This document shows, piece by piece, positions 30,805 through 42,317 of a stretch of DNA of 124,000 bases. Position numbers and translations under genes: made by a program. Positions within the stretch are counted from its first letter, which is position 1. Each line of letters opens with the position of its first letter. This stretch comes from Hyalangium minutum (GTDB taxonomy: Bacteria; Myxococcota; Myxococcia; Myxococcales; Myxococcaceae), in assembly GCF_000737315.1 (NCBI RefSeq), contig NZ_JMCB01000013.1, positions 144,001-268,000 of the forward strand, read 5' to 3'. The notes under the pieces are model-generated. The model was not told the DNA's origin and ran no database searches. It saw nothing but the letters and a program-made list of their open reading frames with translations.

Positions 30805-31998
30805 TTACGCCGTCTCGGGGAGGCCCGCGGCGTTCAGCCGGGTGAAGACCTGCATCACGAGGTACAGCGCGAAGGCGGCGTCATCCACCCGCGCCGTGTC
30901 CACGTGGTTGGACAGCCCCTGCAGCCGCAGCAGGTCCGAGCCATCCACCCGCAGCAGGAAGCCCTGCTGTGCCAACGAGCCCTCTCCCGCCAACGCCAGG
31001 GCTCGCCGGACCGCGTCCACGCACGCTTTCACGCACTGGGCATACTGTCCGCTGGCGAATGCGGTCTCCGCCGCACGGGCGTGGTCGAACAGCTCTCCCG
31101 GCGCCAGCGCCGTCGCAGGCCCCATCGCCCGTTGGCCCGCCGTGCGAGGGACGGGCACCGCCGAGGAGTTCGGAGTCACCTCCATCCGAGCCGCAGGAGC
31201 CATGGCTGCCGCCACGATGGGCGCGGGCCCACCCGCCGAGGCCACCGCAGGCAGTGTCGTCGAGGAGGGCGGGTGCTGCCGGGGCGTCATCGCCGGAGGT
31301 TGCACTGCCTGCATCGTCTGGGACGGCCGCGTCGGCAGGTGCTGGCTCAGCTGCGCCTCCAGCCCTGCTCCCGGAGCCACAGGGCTCGGGGTCGGGCGGG
31401 GCGGGGGAACGATGCGCTTGGCCCGGAGATCCTTGATGACCAGCCGGGTGATGGCTTTGAGCGAGTCCAGCACCCCCTGGCCGCTCGTGGCCGAGGTCTC
31501 GAACTCAGGCGCGCCGCGCGCGTTCAGCGCCGCTCGCATCTGCTCCACGGGCATTGCCTTGTCGATGTCCCGCTTGTTCCACTGCATCACCAGCGGGAAC
31601 CGATCCAGCCGGATGCCCTGCTCGAGCAGGTTCTCCTCCAGGTTTTGCAGCGACTCGCGGTTGGAGTCCAACGCCTCCGGCTGCGAGTCCGCCACGAACA
31701 CCACCCCGTCCGCCCCCTGCAGCACCAGCTTGCGCGTGGCGTTGTAGAAGACCTGGCCCGGCACCGTGTACAGCGCCAGCCGCACGGAGCAGTCATTCAC
31801 CCGCTCCACCTTCACCGGCAGGAAGTCGAAGAAGAGGGTGCGGTCGCCCTCCGTGGCGATGGACATCATCTCGCCTCGGTGCGCCGGCCGGACCGTCTCG
31901 TAGATCTTCCGCAAGGTCGTCGTCTTGCCCGACAACCCCGGTCCGTAGAAAACGATCTTCGCGGCCACTTCGCGGGCCAACAGGTTCACGCTGCTCAC
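30805..31998 (-). CDS. MglA-like small GTPase with C-terminal extension
   Basis: KIVFYGPGLSGKTT, RTLFFDFLP, TVPGQVFY and QWNKRD match the MglA G-motifs, followed by a Pro-rich linker and a helical C-domain. Confidence 0.88.
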   Translation of the reverse strand: MSSVNLLAREVAAKIVFYGPGLSGKTTTLRKIYETVRPAHRGEMMSIATEGDRTLFFDFLPVKVERVNDCSVRLALYTVPGQVFYNATRKLVLQGADGVVFVADSQPEALDSNRESLQNLEENLLEQGIRLDRFPLVMQWNKRDIDKAMPVEQMRAALNARGAPEFETSATSGQGVLDSLKAITRLVIKDLRAKRIVPPPRPTPSPVAPGAGLEAQLSQHLPTRPSQTMQAVQPPAMTPRQHPPSSTTLPAVASAGGPAPIVAAAMAPAARMEVTPNSSAVPVPRTAGQRAMGPATALAPGELFDHARAAETAFASGQYAQCVKACVDAVRRALALAGEGSLAQQGFLLRVDGSDLLRLQGLSNHVDTARVDDAAFALYLVMQVFTRLNAAGLPETA

Positions 31999-33149
31999 GG
32001 TGTAAGCTTACCTAGAACGACTCTGCGTCTCGCGCCAGTCGCCGACGGTACATTCGCTGGGGTCCCCAGCAGGTGCTCGGCCGCCAGCAAGGCAAAGCAG
32101 GCGGCTTCCTTGGCTCCTTCGGGAAACCCCAGGGTGTCCAGCGGCTTCACCGGCACAGGCCCCAGCCGCGCCGTGAACCGCTCCATCAGCGCCGGATTTC
32201 GGCTTCCTCCTCCAGAGACGTACACCGCCTCCAAGGACTTGAAACGGGGGAGGACGTAGGCCTCGTAGGCCCGCGCCGTGGCCTCCACCGTGAAAGCCAG
32301 CGCCGTGGCCAGCAGATCCGCCGGACGATCCGGGGACTGCTCCCAGAGGAAGGACACCAGCGCCTCGCCAAACCCCTCGCGCCCCGCGCTCCGAGGCGGC
32401 GGCAGGGCGAAGAACGGGTGCGTCAGCAGGTCCGCCAGCAGCGCCGGGATGGGCTTGCCCTGCCGAGACAGCTGCCCGTCCAAGTCACACTGGAGCTTGC
32501 CCCCCGTCATCCGCCGCGCCAGCCCGTCCAGCACCATGTTGCCCGGGCCCGTGTCGAAGGCGAGCACGTCGTCCAGCCGCTCGCCCACCACGCTCACGTT
32601 GGCGATGCCACCAATGTTCTGGAACGCTCGCACCGCCCCCGGCTGCCGGAACACCGCCCAGTCGAAGTAGGGCACCAGCGGCGCCCCCTGGCCCCCTGCG
32701 GCCATGTCCCGTGTACGGAAGTCACTCACCACAGGGATGCCCAGGCGCTCGGCGATGACGGAGGCTTCGCCCAGCTGCAGGGTGGAGGGCGTGGTGGAGA
32801 GGCTCGTGGGCAGGTGCGCCATCGTCTGCCCGTGCGAGCCGATCACATCCACGTCCCCGTTGCGCAGGCCCGCGCGGGTGATGACGGCCTGGGCCGCCTC
32901 TGCGAAGCGCTCGCCCAGCTCGAAGTTGAGCTCACAGAGCGAGCGCGCATCCTGCGGCCCGAGCACGCGCTGGATGAACTCCGGCGGGAACGGGCGGGAG
33001 ACGTGCGTCAGCAGCTTCAGCGTCACGGAGGGGCCCGTGCCCTCGATCTTGCAGAGCACCGCCTCCACCGCGTCCACGCTCGTGCCAGAGATCAGCCCCA
33101 CACAGAGGCGAGGGCGGCTCGGGTCGGCGGGGGAGCGAGGGGGGCGCAT
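31995..33149 (-). CDS. anmK: Anhydro-N-acetylmuramic acid kinase
   Basis: GLISGTSVDAV, GSHGQT, DFRTRDMAAGGQGAPL, DTGPGN, SGGG and KEA motifs. Confidence 0.93.
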   Translation of the reverse strand: MRPPRSPADPSRPRLCVGLISGTSVDAVEAVLCKIEGTGPSVTLKLLTHVSRPFPPEFIQRVLGPQDARSLCELNFELGERFAEAAQAVITRAGLRNGDVDVIGSHGQTMAHLPTSLSTTPSTLQLGEASVIAERLGIPVVSDFRTRDMAAGGQGAPLVPYFDWAVFRQPGAVRAFQNIGGIANVSVVGERLDDVLAFDTGPGNMVLDGLARRMTGGKLQCDLDGQLSRQGKPIPALLADLLTHPFFALPPPRSAGREGFGEALVSFLWEQSPDRPADLLATALAFTVEATARAYEAYVLPRFKSLEAVYVSGGGSRNPALMERFTARLGPVPVKPLDTLGFPEGAKEAACFALLAAEHLLGTPANVPSATGARRRVVLGKLTP

Positions 33150-33252
33150 GGTCCGATTGTAAGCCCCCGGGCTCACGCTGGCCCGGAAACAGTGGATGCG
33201 CGAAGGGAGGGGGGCTGAGTGCTCGCCAAAACGGACGGGGCGTGAGAGCAGG

Positions 33253-33888
33253 CTACCGGTTGCAGGCCTGATCCATGCCGCCCTCGCAGGCCTTCTGGAA
33301 CAGCTCGACGGCGCGCTTCGGATCCGCCGTCACGCCACGGCCTTTCTCGTAGAAGAGGCCGAGGTTGAAGCAGGCACCGGCCTCACCTGTCGCGCAGGAT
33401 TGCTCGAAGATCTTGGCGGCGCGGCTGTCGTCCTGCGTCACACCCCGGCCCTGGGCATACAAGGCGCCGAGGTTGGTGCAGCCCCGGCTCGCACCCAAAG
33501 TGCAGGCCTTGTCGAAGAGCAGGGCGGCGTGGCCGTCGTCGCGCGTCACGCCGCTGCCCTGCACATAGAGGATGCCCAGGTTGGTGCAGCCGCGGGCGTC
33601 ATCGCCATCGCAGGCCTTCTCGAAGAGCGGGGCGGCGCGGCTGTCATCCTTCTCCACGCCCACGCCCTCCCAGTAGCTGACGCCCAGTTGGTAGCAGCCC
33701 TCCTTGTCGCCGGCCGCGCAGGCCTTCTCGCGATCAACAAAGGTCGGCTGGGCGGGCGTGACGGCGGTGGCGTCGTGCACTGCGGAGGGAGCGGCGGCGG
33801 CGGGCTTGCTCGTGGCGCAGCCTCCAAGTCCCACTGCGAGCGCGCAGATTCCGAGCATGAGGGCTGAAGCGTAGGGCGACGGTGACAT
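33253..33888 (-). CDS. Sel1-like repeat lipoprotein
   Basis: Lipobox LGGC; repeated C..LG..Y..G.GV..D...A..LF.KAC units; RBS AGGAGG. Confidence 0.85.
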   Translation of the reverse strand: MSPSPYASALMLGICALAVGLGGCATSKPAAAAPSAVHDATAVTPAQPTFVDREKACAAGDKEGCYQLGVSYWEGVGVEKDDSRAAPLFEKACDGDDARGCTNLGILYVQGSGVTRDDGHAALLFDKACTLGASRGCTNLGALYAQGRGVTQDDSRAAKIFEQSCATGEAGACFNLGLFYEKGRGVTADPKRAVELFQKACEGGMDQACNR

Positions 33889-33905
33889 GACTGCCTCCTG
33901 GGGGC

Positions 33906-34832
33906 TCACGGCGTGCGTCGGGGTTTGGACTTCTGCTGCTCGAGGGTTCGCAGGGAGTCGCGCTGGAGCCGTGCTTGCGCCTCTTCCCGGCCCAACCCGG
34001 TGAAGTGCATCGCGAGCGCCGTCTTCACAGAGCCGCCCGCGGTGCTCAGCAGCCGTCGCGCCCGTGCGAGGGGCAGCTCCGTCAGCTCCGCCACCATGCG
34101 CACGGCACGCGCTTGGAGCTTCGCGTTGGCCGGGCGCACGTCCACCATCCGCCCGCGGTACACCTTGCCCAGCGAGACGAAGGCCGCCGTGGTGAGCGCA
34201 TTGAGGATCAACTTGGTGGCGGTGCCCGCCTTGAGCCGCGTGGAGCCCGCCACCAGCTCCGGGCCCGTCACCGCCAGGATCAGGATGTCTACCTGGAGCC
34301 GAGGCCCAGGAGGGTTACAGCACACGAGCACCGTCCGCGCTCCCCGTCGCCGCGCCTCGGCCAGCGCCCCGAGCACATAGGGCGTGGATGCACTGGCGGA
34401 GATGCCGCACACCACGTCCTTGGGGCCCGCGCGGAACCGGCGCACGGACTGAGCGCCTGCGGCCGGATCATCCTCGGCGCCTTCCACGGCGCGAGTCAGC
34501 GCCCGGTGGCCTCCGGCGATAACGGCCTGGACCTGGGAGGGAGGAGAACCAAACGTCGGCGGGCACTCACTGGCGTCGAGCACGCCGAGTCGCCCGCTGG
34601 TGCCAGCGCCCACGTAGAGCAGCCGGCCCCCGGCCCGCAACGCATCCGCTACGGCCCGCGCTGCTTCCGCTACGGACGGGAGCGCGCTGCGGACCGCTCG
34701 GACGGCAGCCAGGTCTTCCTGATGCATCCGGCGGACGAGGGCCTCGACAGAGAGGAGGTCCAGCTCGTCCGCGCGGGGATGAAGCCGCTCAGTGGGCGGG
34801 AGCGCGAGCGGAGTCGAACGCGGCCTTCCCAC
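33906..34832 (-). CDS. murQ: N-acetylmuramic acid 6-phosphate etherase
   Basis: GAGTSGRLGVLDASECPPTF, GAED and GSTRLKAGTATK motifs. Confidence 0.94.
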   Translation of the reverse strand: MGRPRSTPLALPPTERLHPRADELDLLSVEALVRRMHQEDLAAVRAVRSALPSVAEAARAVADALRAGGRLLYVGAGTSGRLGVLDASECPPTFGSPPSQVQAVIAGGHRALTRAVEGAEDDPAAGAQSVRRFRAGPKDVVCGISASASTPYVLGALAEARRRGARTVLVCCNPPGPRLQVDILILAVTGPELVAGSTRLKAGTATKLILNALTTAAFVSLGKVYRGRMVDVRPANAKLQARAVRMVAELTELPLARARRLLSTAGGSVKTALAMHFTGLGREEAQARLQRDSLRTLEQQKSKPRRTP

Positions 34833-34849
34833 CCTCGAGCGCTCGGCGA

Positions 34850-35041
34850 TCAGGCGGCCTTGGTGATCTTGCCCGCCTTGATGCAGCGGGTGCAGGCCAG
34901 GACGCGCTCGGTACGGCCCTCAACGCTGGCCCGGATCTTCTGGAGGTTCGGCAGCGTCCGCTTCTTGGTCTTGTTGTTCGCGTGGGAGACGTTGTTGCCC
35001 ACGAGCGGCCGCTTCCCACAGATGTCACACTTCCACGCCAT
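34850..35041 (-). CDS. rpmB: 50S ribosomal protein L28 (Zn-ribbon form)
   Basis: [28 protein letters not shown]...CTRCIKAGK. In the ORF track it is only the tail of a longer ORF. Confidence 0.95.
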   Translation of the reverse strand: MAWKCDICGKRPLVGNNVSHANNKTKKRTLPNLQKIRASVEGRTERVLACTRCIKAGKITKAA

Positions 35042-35142
35042 GACAGCCAACTCCTTGAAAACAGGGGCTTTACAGGCTCTGCCCCGAAAAGAGCGGCGGA
35101 ACCTACCAGAAATCCCCTGAAAATCCAGCCGATCCGTTGGGC

Positions 35143-36654
35143 CTACCCCGCCGTGGGGGTCTTCTTCTTGAGCATTTCCTGCACGAGCCGCGCGGCGCGC
35201 ATCCCCGCGAGGAACTCGCCCTCCAGGCCCAGGCCAGGGAGCACCTCGCGGCCGGCGAGGAGGATGTTCTTCGCCGGCGTGCGCTGCTTCAAACCCGTGA
35301 CGCCCAGGAAGGCTTCCGCCTCGAAGGTGTAGAGGGGGTGGGGCATGAGCCTGCTGCCTCGCACGCCGCCAGCGTCCAAGTACGGCGCCGAGCGCAGCAC
35401 CCGGTGGGGCAGGGTGAAGGGCATCAGCGTCTCCAGCTCCTTGTCGATGCGCTGCGCAAGGACTTGCATGTGCTCTTCGCCCAGATCCCTCACGGAGGCG
35501 GGCACGAACGCGGCGGCGCAGACCACGCGGAGGGACTCGTCCTCCTGGCCCGACGGGGTGCGCGCCGGGTGGACCTGGATCAGCAGCGGCCGGAGCTCCA
35601 CGTCCTCGCTCTCCACGAGGAGCAGCTCGCCCATGCCTCGGGGCAGGGCGTTCGCGGGGACCACCCAGTTCACCGCGAAGAGCAGGGAGCGGTTGGTGGA
35701 GGCATCCAGGTGCTCGAGCAGGCTGCGGTGCCGCTTGCGGTCGGTGATGAGCCGCCGCAGCGCGCTCGAGTCCATGGCCGACACCAGGCACGAGGCCCGG
35801 TAGACGACGTCCGAGCGCACCAACTTCACGCCGGAGAAGCGCGCCCCATCGAAGGTGATCTCCTCGACGACGTAGCTGTCCGAGTTCTCGCGGGTGAGCA
35901 CGTCGCCGCCCAGCTCGGAGAGCCGCTTGACGATCATCTCGCGCAGGCCCTCGTTTCCGCCGGGGAAGCGCTGGGGAGACTGGAGCGCCTGGGACAAGGG
36001 GCGGGTGAGCGACAGGGGCGAGGAGGCCTCGTCCAGGTGGATCAGGAAGGGCAGCAGGCCCCGCAGCAGGGCGCCGGGCGGGGTGTTGTTGGACAGGCGC
36101 GGGTGTTTCTCCAGGCCCTCGTGCTGGCCGATCTTCTTTTTCAGGCCCCACGCCTCGAAGAAGCCATCCGGGGGCAGGTTGGGCTGCTCCTTGAGGAAGG
36201 CGTTGCTCTCTTCGTGCTGGGAGGCGGTGGTGGTGAGGGCAGCGAAGAGGCCCTCGGCCGCGTCACCGAACTCGCGGACCAGCTCGGCGCGACGGCGCGC
36301 AGGATCGGGCTGCAGATCCACCCGGTGGCGGGGCAGGACGAGCTGCAGCTCGGGCTGGTGCGGGCGCAGGGAGCGCTGGACGGTGGTGGTGAGGCCCAGC
36401 TCAGTGAAGGCCTCCTCCACGAGGGGCATCGCCTTGAGCGGGGGCGTGATGGAGGGTCCGTAGGGGAGCACATAGCCGCCGTGCTCGTAGCCAGTGCCGG
36501 TGCCGTCATGGTCGATGAGCAGCACACGGTGCTTGCGCTTGGCCAGGAGCGCGGCCGTGAGGGCTCCGCCCAGTTGGCTGCCCACGACGATGGCGTCGTA
36601 GACGTGCCGGGAGGGACCCGAGGGAACCTGGAGTCTGGCGGGCTGGGTGGCCAT
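35143..36654 (-). CDS. Phytoene desaturase-like FAD-dependent oxidoreductase
   Basis: N-terminal [11 protein letters not shown] (degenerate GxGxxG) dinucleotide fold and a C-terminal NILLAG motif. Confidence 0.65.
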   Translation of the reverse strand: MATQPARLQVPSGPSRHVYDAIVVGSQLGGALTAALLAKRKHRVLLIDHDGTGTGYEHGGYVLPYGPSITPPLKAMPLVEEAFTELGLTTTVQRSLRPHQPELQLVLPRHRVDLQPDPARRRAELVREFGDAAEGLFAALTTTASQHEESNAFLKEQPNLPPDGFFEAWGLKKKIGQHEGLEKHPRLSNNTPPGALLRGLLPFLIHLDEASSPLSLTRPLSQALQSPQRFPGGNEGLREMIVKRLSELGGDVLTRENSDSYVVEEITFDGARFSGVKLVRSDVVYRASCLVSAMDSSALRRLITDRKRHRSLLEHLDASTNRSLLFAVNWVVPANALPRGMGELLLVESEDVELRPLLIQVHPARTPSGQEDESLRVVCAAAFVPASVRDLGEEHMQVLAQRIDKELETLMPFTLPHRVLRSAPYLDAGGVRGSRLMPHPLYTFEAEAFLGVTGLKQRTPAKNILLAGREVLPGLGLEGEFLAGMRAARLVQEMLKKKTPTAG

Positions 36655-36818
36655 TCGGGGGGCACACTACACAACGTCCCGGCTCCTGGCGCCTTTCTGA
36701 TGCGCGGACCTGTCGGGTGCCCTGCGAGTCCGGGTGGGGCCTCAGGGCCTTGGACTGGGGGCGGAGTCCCGCCGGTTGTGCGCTCAGTAGGGGCAAGGGT
36801 GGGAGCGCGCGGGCGGGG

Positions 36819-37511
36819 TCAGACGGCGCGCGCCGCCGCGATCAGGAGCCGGGCCTCCAGATCGGGCGGGAGGGTGGCGAAGTCTGGAGCCACCCACTGG
36901 GCGCCTGCCTCGCGGAGCACCTCGGGGGGCGTGGTGCTGGTGATGCCCACCGCGGCCATGCCCGCCGCGCGTGCCGCGATGATGCCGTTCACCGCATCCT
37001 CGAAGACGACGCACGAGGCGGGATCGACATCGAGCGCCTTGGCTGCGGCCAGGAAGATGTCCGGCGCGGGCTTGCCCCGGACCACCTCTTCGGCGCCGAC
37101 GACGCGCGCGAACAGCGAGCGGATGCCGAGCCCATCAAGCACCAGTGCACGGTTTCCCGTGGGGGCAGCGGTGGCGACGGCCAGCCGGGCCCCCGCGCTT
37201 CGCAGGCGGGCGATGAAGGCCTCGGCGCCTCTCATGAGCGATAGGTGGGGCTTATAGAGCTGGCGGTAGTGGGTCTCCTTCTCCTCGGCCAGCTGGTTCA
37301 GTTCTTCGGCAGAGAGGGGACGGCCCAGCAGGATGGGGAGGATCTCCTCGTTCTTCTTGCCCGCGAACTCGCGCTCGAACCGCTCGGCGGTGGCGTCGAT
37401 GCCGAGGCGCTGCGAGAGGGACACCCAGGCCTCGGAGTGGAAGCGCATGTTGTCGACGAGGGTGCCATCCATGTCGAAGATGGCGGCGTGCAGAAGTGTA
37501 GGCGCGATCAT
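36819..37511 (-). CDS. HAD-IA phosphatase (beta-PGM-like)
   Basis: FDMDGTL, KPAPDIF and FEDAVNG motifs. Confidence 0.85.
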   Translation of the reverse strand: MIAPTLLHAAIFDMDGTLVDNMRFHSEAWVSLSQRLGIDATAERFEREFAGKKNEEILPILLGRPLSAEELNQLAEEKETHYRQLYKPHLSLMRGAEAFIARLRSAGARLAVATAAPTGNRALVLDGLGIRSLFARVVGAEEVVRGKPAPDIFLAAAKALDVDPASCVVFEDAVNGIIAARAAGMAAVGITSTTPPEVLREAGAQWVAPDFATLPPDLEARLLIAAARAV

Positions 37512-37604
37512 GTCTCCTGAATTATCGCGTCCCGCGCCAGGATGGGATCGGGAAGCGCACGGAGGTGTCTGTCTGCTTGAGTGGGAGGAGGCCAGACCCG
37601 TGCC

Positions 37605-38096
37605 TCACAGCTCCTCGTCACTGAGGATGATGACCCCAGCGGAGTGGAGCAGGGCGGCTGTGACGCCTCGGCCCCGGACCACCTGGCCGTTCACGTGCGT
37701 GCCTTGGCTGCCGCATGAAGGGCTGCGCTCCTTGAGCACGGCCACCTTCACTCCGAAGCGCTTTACCGCCTCCAGGGCCAGCTCCGCGCCGTAGCGGAAC
37801 GCGGCTGTCCGGTCATCGCCCGTCGCGGCCACCACCGCCTGGGCCTGGCCCGCCAGCACCGCCTCTCCCGTGCCTCCGCGCAGCTCCACCGCGGGCCTCG
37901 GAATGCCCAGGCCCGCGCCCGTCTCCGGGCACACGGGCACGAGCTCCTTGCCCTCCAGTGCCCGCATCACCGGGTTCGAGCCTTTCGACTTCCCGTCGTA
38001 CCGGCAGGCTTCACCGAATAGGCACGCACTCACCAGCACCACCGAAGCCTCGCGCAGCGCCGCTAGCCGCTCCTCTTGCGTCAGCTCCACAGTCAT
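37605..38096 (-). CDS. DUF523 / 2-thiouracil desulfurase family protein
   Basis: VSACLFGEACRYDG, PVCPE and KERSPSCG motifs. Confidence 0.88.
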   Translation of the reverse strand: MTVELTQEERLAALREASVVLVSACLFGEACRYDGKSKGSNPVMRALEGKELVPVCPETGAGLGIPRPAVELRGGTGEAVLAGQAQAVVAATGDDRTAAFRYGAELALEAVKRFGVKVAVLKERSPSCGSQGTHVNGQVVRGRGVTAALLHSAGVIILSDEEL

Positions 38097-38755
38097 GGCG
38101 CCCCAGGGCTCCGCAGGCTCTGCTCGCTTCCCGTGACTTGCGCGGCCACCCGCGTTCCAGTCCCTTCCAGCGTCACCTTCCCCGTCACCACCAGACGCAC
38201 CGCCAGCGGGTAGAGCTTATGCTCCTCCGCGAGGATGCGCGCGCTCAGGCTTGCTTCGTCATCCCCTGGCAGCACCGGCACCGCCGCCTGCGCGATGATC
38301 GGCCCCGTGTCCGTGCCCGCGTCCACGAAGTGCACCGTGCATCCGGCGATCTTCACCCCGCGTTCCAGCGCCTGCCTTTGGGCATGCAGCCCCGTGAACG
38401 CTGGTAGCAGGGAAGGGTGGATGTTCAACACTCGCCCCGGAAATCTCGCCAGGAAGTCCGCGCTCACCAGCCGCATGAAGCCCGCCAGACACACCCACTC
38501 CACGCCCGCCTTCTCCAGCTCATCCCCGAGCGCCCGCTCGAAGTCCGCCCGCGAGCCGAACGCATTGTGATCCAGCGCCACCGCGGGCACTCCCGCCTTG
38601 CGCGCCCGCTCCAGCCCGAACGCGGTGGGCACGTTGGACACCACGCACACCACCTGCGCCGGGAAGTCCGCCTGCGCGCACGCGTCCAGCAGCGCCTGCA
38701 GGTTGCTCCCGCTGCCGGAGATCAGCACCGCCAGCCGGGCTCGCCCGCCGCTCAT
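38093..38755 (-). CDS. purN: Phosphoribosylglycinamide formyltransferase
   Basis: [25 protein letters not shown] and [11 protein letters not shown] motifs. Confidence 0.96.
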   Translation of the reverse strand: MSGGRARLAVLISGSGSNLQALLDACAQADFPAQVVCVVSNVPTAFGLERARKAGVPAVALDHNAFGSRADFERALGDELEKAGVEWVCLAGFMRLVSADFLARFPGRVLNIHPSLLPAFTGLHAQRQALERGVKIAGCTVHFVDAGTDTGPIIAQAAVPVLPGDDEASLSARILAEEHKLYPLAVRLVVTGKVTLEGTGTRVAAQVTGSEQSLRSPGAP

Positions 38756-39786
38756 GGCTCGATGACCGCCGTGGCCTCGCCCTGGCCCTGTTCCACGCGC
38801 CCCACCTCCGATGCCTTCACGCCTCGCGCGCTCAGCACACTCAGCGCCTGCGCCACGTCCTCCTTCGCCACCACCACGATCAGCCCCAGCCCCATGTTGA
38901 ACGTGGAGAACATCTCGTCACGCGCCACCCCGCCCACTTTCGCGATCAGATCGAAGATAGGAGGTCGGCTCCACGCCTTCTCGCTCAGCACCGCCCGCGT
39001 TCCGTCCGGCAGGCAGCGGGGCAGGTTGCCCGGAATGCCGCTCCCGGTGATGTGCGCCATGCCCTTCACCTTCACCGCCTTCGCCAGTGCCAGCGCGTCC
39101 TTCACGTAGATCTTCGTGGGCTCCAGCAGCGCATCCGCCAGCGGCCGGCCCAGGCCCGCGGGCGTCTCCTTCAGCGGCAGCTTCCCGTCGTCCAGCAGCA
39201 CCTTGCGCGCCAGCGAGTACCCGTTCGAGTGCAGCCCCGACGACGGCAGGCCGATCAGCGCATCGCCCGGCATCACCGTCCGCCCATCGATGATCTCCGA
39301 GCGCTCCACCACCCCCACGCAGAACCCCGCCACGTCGTACTCGCCCCGTGAGTAGAACCCCGGCATCTCCGCCGTCTCGCCGCCCAGCAGTGTGCATCCG
39401 GCCTGCTCGCAGCCCAACGCGATGCCCTTCACCACCGCGGCTGCCGCGTCCACCTCCAGCCTCGATGTGGCGAAGTAGTCCAGGAAGAACAGCGGCTCCG
39501 CGCCACAGGTGAGGATGTCGTTCACCGACATGGCCACCAGGTCGATGCCCACCGTGTCGTGCCGCCCTGCCAGGAATGCCACCTTCAGCTTCGTGCCCAC
39601 CCCGTCCGTGCCCGCCACCAGCACCGGCTCCCGGTACTTGCCCGGGGGCAGGGCGAACAGTCCTCCGAAGCCGCCCACTCCAGCCACCACCTCGGGCCGC
39701 ATCGTGCGCGCAGCGTACGGCTTGATCCGCTCGACGAAGGCGTCTCCCGCCTCGATGTCCACTCCGGCCTGCTTGTAGGTCGTCAC
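38752..39786 (-). CDS. purM: AIR synthase (phosphoribosylformylglycinamidine cyclo-ligase)
   Basis: [32 protein letters not shown] and FNMG motifs; GTG start chosen. Confidence 0.96.
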   Translation of the reverse strand: MTTYKQAGVDIEAGDAFVERIKPYAARTMRPEVVAGVGGFGGLFALPPGKYREPVLVAGTDGVGTKLKVAFLAGRHDTVGIDLVAMSVNDILTCGAEPLFFLDYFATSRLEVDAAAAVVKGIALGCEQAGCTLLGGETAEMPGFYSRGEYDVAGFCVGVVERSEIIDGRTVMPGDALIGLPSSGLHSNGYSLARKVLLDDGKLPLKETPAGLGRPLADALLEPTKIYVKDALALAKAVKVKGMAHITGSGIPGNLPRCLPDGTRAVLSEKAWSRPPIFDLIAKVGGVARDEMFSTFNMGLGLIVVVAKEDVAQALSVLSARGVKASEVGRVEQGQGEATAVIEP

Positions 39787-39858
39787 GGGCGGCCTTCTAC
39801 CGGCAAGCCCCCGCCCTTGTCTCGGCCCAGAAGCGCAGGTGTCGTGTTTGCGGCTACC

Positions 39859-42264
39859 ATGGCGCCTCACTTCCGGATGAAGAACTTTCTCTCGCGCCAT
39901 CGCTTCGAGGTGCTCGCCCTCGGCCTCGCCGTCCTCTTCGGCTTCCTGCATGTGTGGGTGGATGACGCCCCCGTCATTGGCAGCCGGGTCGATGACAAGG
40001 CCGCGCCCCTGCTCATCCGGGCCCTCCAGGCCGCCGAAGGCCGCATCACTGATCTCCAGTTCGCTCTCCGAGGCCGCCGCCCCGCCCACCCGGATGTCGT
40101 CGTCGTCGCCGTGGACGAGAAGAGTGCCCAGCGTTACGGCCTCTGGCCCTGGCCGAGAGATCTCCTGGCCCGCGCAATGGACCGGCTCCGAGAGGCAGGG
40201 GCCGGGGCTGTCGGCCTCGACATGATCTTTGCCGACGAGGTGGTCGACCGGCGCGCCCAGGCCTACGCCGGAGCGCTCGAGGAGCTGGATCGGGCGCTCT
40301 CCCAGGGCTCCCCCGAGAGCGCCGCCGCCCTGGCCGCTTACCGCGAGGAACTGAGCCGGCGGGCCGCCGTCAACACGGACTCCATCCTCGCCGCGTCCCT
40401 CAACCGCTTCCCTCAGGTCGTCCAAGGCATCGTCGTCTATCCCCCGAAGGAACGGGCGCGGTTCGCCAGCAAGGCCGAGGAGTGGACCCGGCTCCTTGAA
40501 CCTCACCTGATCCGCGAATTCCCGGGCGAGATCGCCGGGTCTTCACTCACGCACAAGGTAGACCTCGCCACGCTTCGCAGCTGGCGCATGGACTCCGCGC
40601 AGCTCCCGCTGTCCCTGTTCGCCGAGGCCAGCCGGCACCTGGGGTTCTTCAACTCCGCCGTGGATCCCGACGGCACCTTGCGCCGCATGCCCCTGTTCGC
40701 CTTGCTGGAGCGCCCGCGCGGGCTGGCCGTCTCGTTGGAGCTCCAGACGGCGGCCGCCTACCTGGGCGCCCAGGTCGAGCCGGTGGCAGACCCCGCCCAG
40801 AACCAAATCATCGGCGCCCGCTTCCGCCGCCCGGACGGAAAGCTGCTGCCCCTGCGCGTGCCCCTGCCGCACGACGAGCCCTTCTGGCTCATCAACTACC
40901 CGGGGCCTGCCAGCAGCTTCGTCACCCTGAGCCTGTCGGACGTGGTGGACGGCGCCTTTGACCCCGCGGCAGTGCGCGGCAAGGCGGTGCTCGTGGGCGT
41001 GACGCTGGTGGGCAACTACGACCAGCGCGTTACCCCCTTCAATGAATTCGAGTCCGGCGTCTACATCCACGCCGCCGCGCTCTCCAACATCCTCTCCCAG
41101 GACTTCCTCTTCCGGCCCCAGGAGACCCAGCCGCTCGAGCTACTCTTCATGCTCGGCACGGCCCTGCTATTGGCCCGCCTCCTGCCCCGGGTGCGCTTCG
41201 CCTGGAAGCTGGGCTCCGTGGCGCTGCTCATCACCGTGTGGCTCGTCGTGGATCAGGTTCTCTTCACCCGCGGCATCCAGGTGGCCACGGTGATGCCCCT
41301 GGTCAGCCTCATCACCTCGGCCTTCGCCGTCATCTTCCTGGGCTACTTCTCCGTGGATGCGGAGAAGGCCCAGCTGCACGCCGAGAAAGCCCGTCTGCGC
41401 AAGGCGTTCCAGCACTACCTGGACGCCAGCGTCATGGAGCAGGTGCTCGCCCACCCGGACAAGCTCAAGCTTGGCGGCGAGCGCAAGGAGCTCTCCGTTC
41501 TCTTCTCCGACATCCGCGGCTTCACCACGCTCTCCGAGCACATGACGCCCGAGCAGCTCGTCAGCTTCATCAACCAGTACCTCACCCCCATGACGGATGT
41601 CGTCTTCGCCCAAGGGGGGACGCTCGACAAGTACATCGGCGATGCGATCATGGCCTTCTGGGGCGCTCCGGTGGATCAGCCGGACCACGCCGTGCGTGCC
41701 TGCGCCGCTGCCCTGGGCTTCCTCGAGAAGCTCTCCGGCCTGCGGGCCCGCTGGCGCGCCGCCGGTCTGCCCGAGATGGACATCGGTGTGGGCATCAGCA
41801 GTGGCCTCATGAACGTGGGCCACATGGGCACCGAGAACCGCTTCAACTACACCGTCATGGGGGACGCGGTGAACCTCGCCTCGCGTCTCGAGGGCCTCAA
41901 CAAGGCCTATGACACCCGCATCCTCATCTCCGCCGACACCTATGCCCAGGCGCGTGGCCATATTGCCGCCCGGCGGCTCGGAGTGGTCCGTGTCAAGGGA
42001 AAGCGCGAGCCCACCGACATCTACGAGCTGCGCGCCATGGGCACCCCCGTGGGCCCGGATGCCGAGGCCATCCAGGCTTTCGAGGCCGGTGTGGCCTGCT
42101 TCCTCGCCCGAGACTTCTCAACCGCTGAGATTCACTTCCGCCAGGTGGTGGCCCTCTGGCCCGAGGACGGGCCCAGCCTCCGCTACCTGGAGGAGATCAA
42201 CACCCTGAAGTGGAACCGCCCCGGGCCCGACTGGGACGGGGTGTTCACCGCGACCACGAAGTAG
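39859..42264 (+). CDS. CHASE2-domain class III adenylate/guanylate cyclase
   Basis: CHASE2 (VAVDEKS...WPWPR), three TMs, [14 protein letters not shown] and [12 protein letters not shown] with catalytic residues intact. Confidence 0.92.
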   Translation: MAPHFRMKNFLSRHRFEVLALGLAVLFGFLHVWVDDAPVIGSRVDDKAAPLLIRALQAAEGRITDLQFALRGRRPAHPDVVVVAVDEKSAQRYGLWPWPRDLLARAMDRLREAGAGAVGLDMIFADEVVDRRAQAYAGALEELDRALSQGSPESAAALAAYREELSRRAAVNTDSILAASLNRFPQVVQGIVVYPPKERARFASKAEEWTRLLEPHLIREFPGEIAGSSLTHKVDLATLRSWRMDSAQLPLSLFAEASRHLGFFNSAVDPDGTLRRMPLFALLERPRGLAVSLELQTAAAYLGAQVEPVADPAQNQIIGARFRRPDGKLLPLRVPLPHDEPFWLINYPGPASSFVTLSLSDVVDGAFDPAAVRGKAVLVGVTLVGNYDQRVTPFNEFESGVYIHAAALSNILSQDFLFRPQETQPLELLFMLGTALLLARLLPRVRFAWKLGSVALLITVWLVVDQVLFTRGIQVATVMPLVSLITSAFAVIFLGYFSVDAEKAQLHAEKARLRKAFQHYLDASVMEQVLAHPDKLKLGGERKELSVLFSDIRGFTTLSEHMTPEQLVSFINQYLTPMTDVVFAQGGTLDKYIGDAIMAFWGAPVDQPDHAVRACAAALGFLEKLSGLRARWRAAGLPEMDIGVGISSGLMNVGHMGTENRFNYTVMGDAVNLASRLEGLNKAYDTRILISADTYAQARGHIAARRLGVVRVKGKREPTDIYELRAMGTPVGPDAEAIQAFEAGVACFLARDFSTAEIHFRQVVALWPEDGPSLRYLEEINTLKWNRPGPDWDGVFTATTK

Positions 42265-42317
42265 GCCCCCATCTAAATTTGACCCCGAGGGTGGGGGCTG
42301 CTTGACTCGGTCTCCAG

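Noticed and set aside
39787-39858. Purine/ZTP riboswitch upstream of purM
   Set aside because: The intergenic region is only about 70 bp, is shared with a divergent gene and has no recognisable aptamer.
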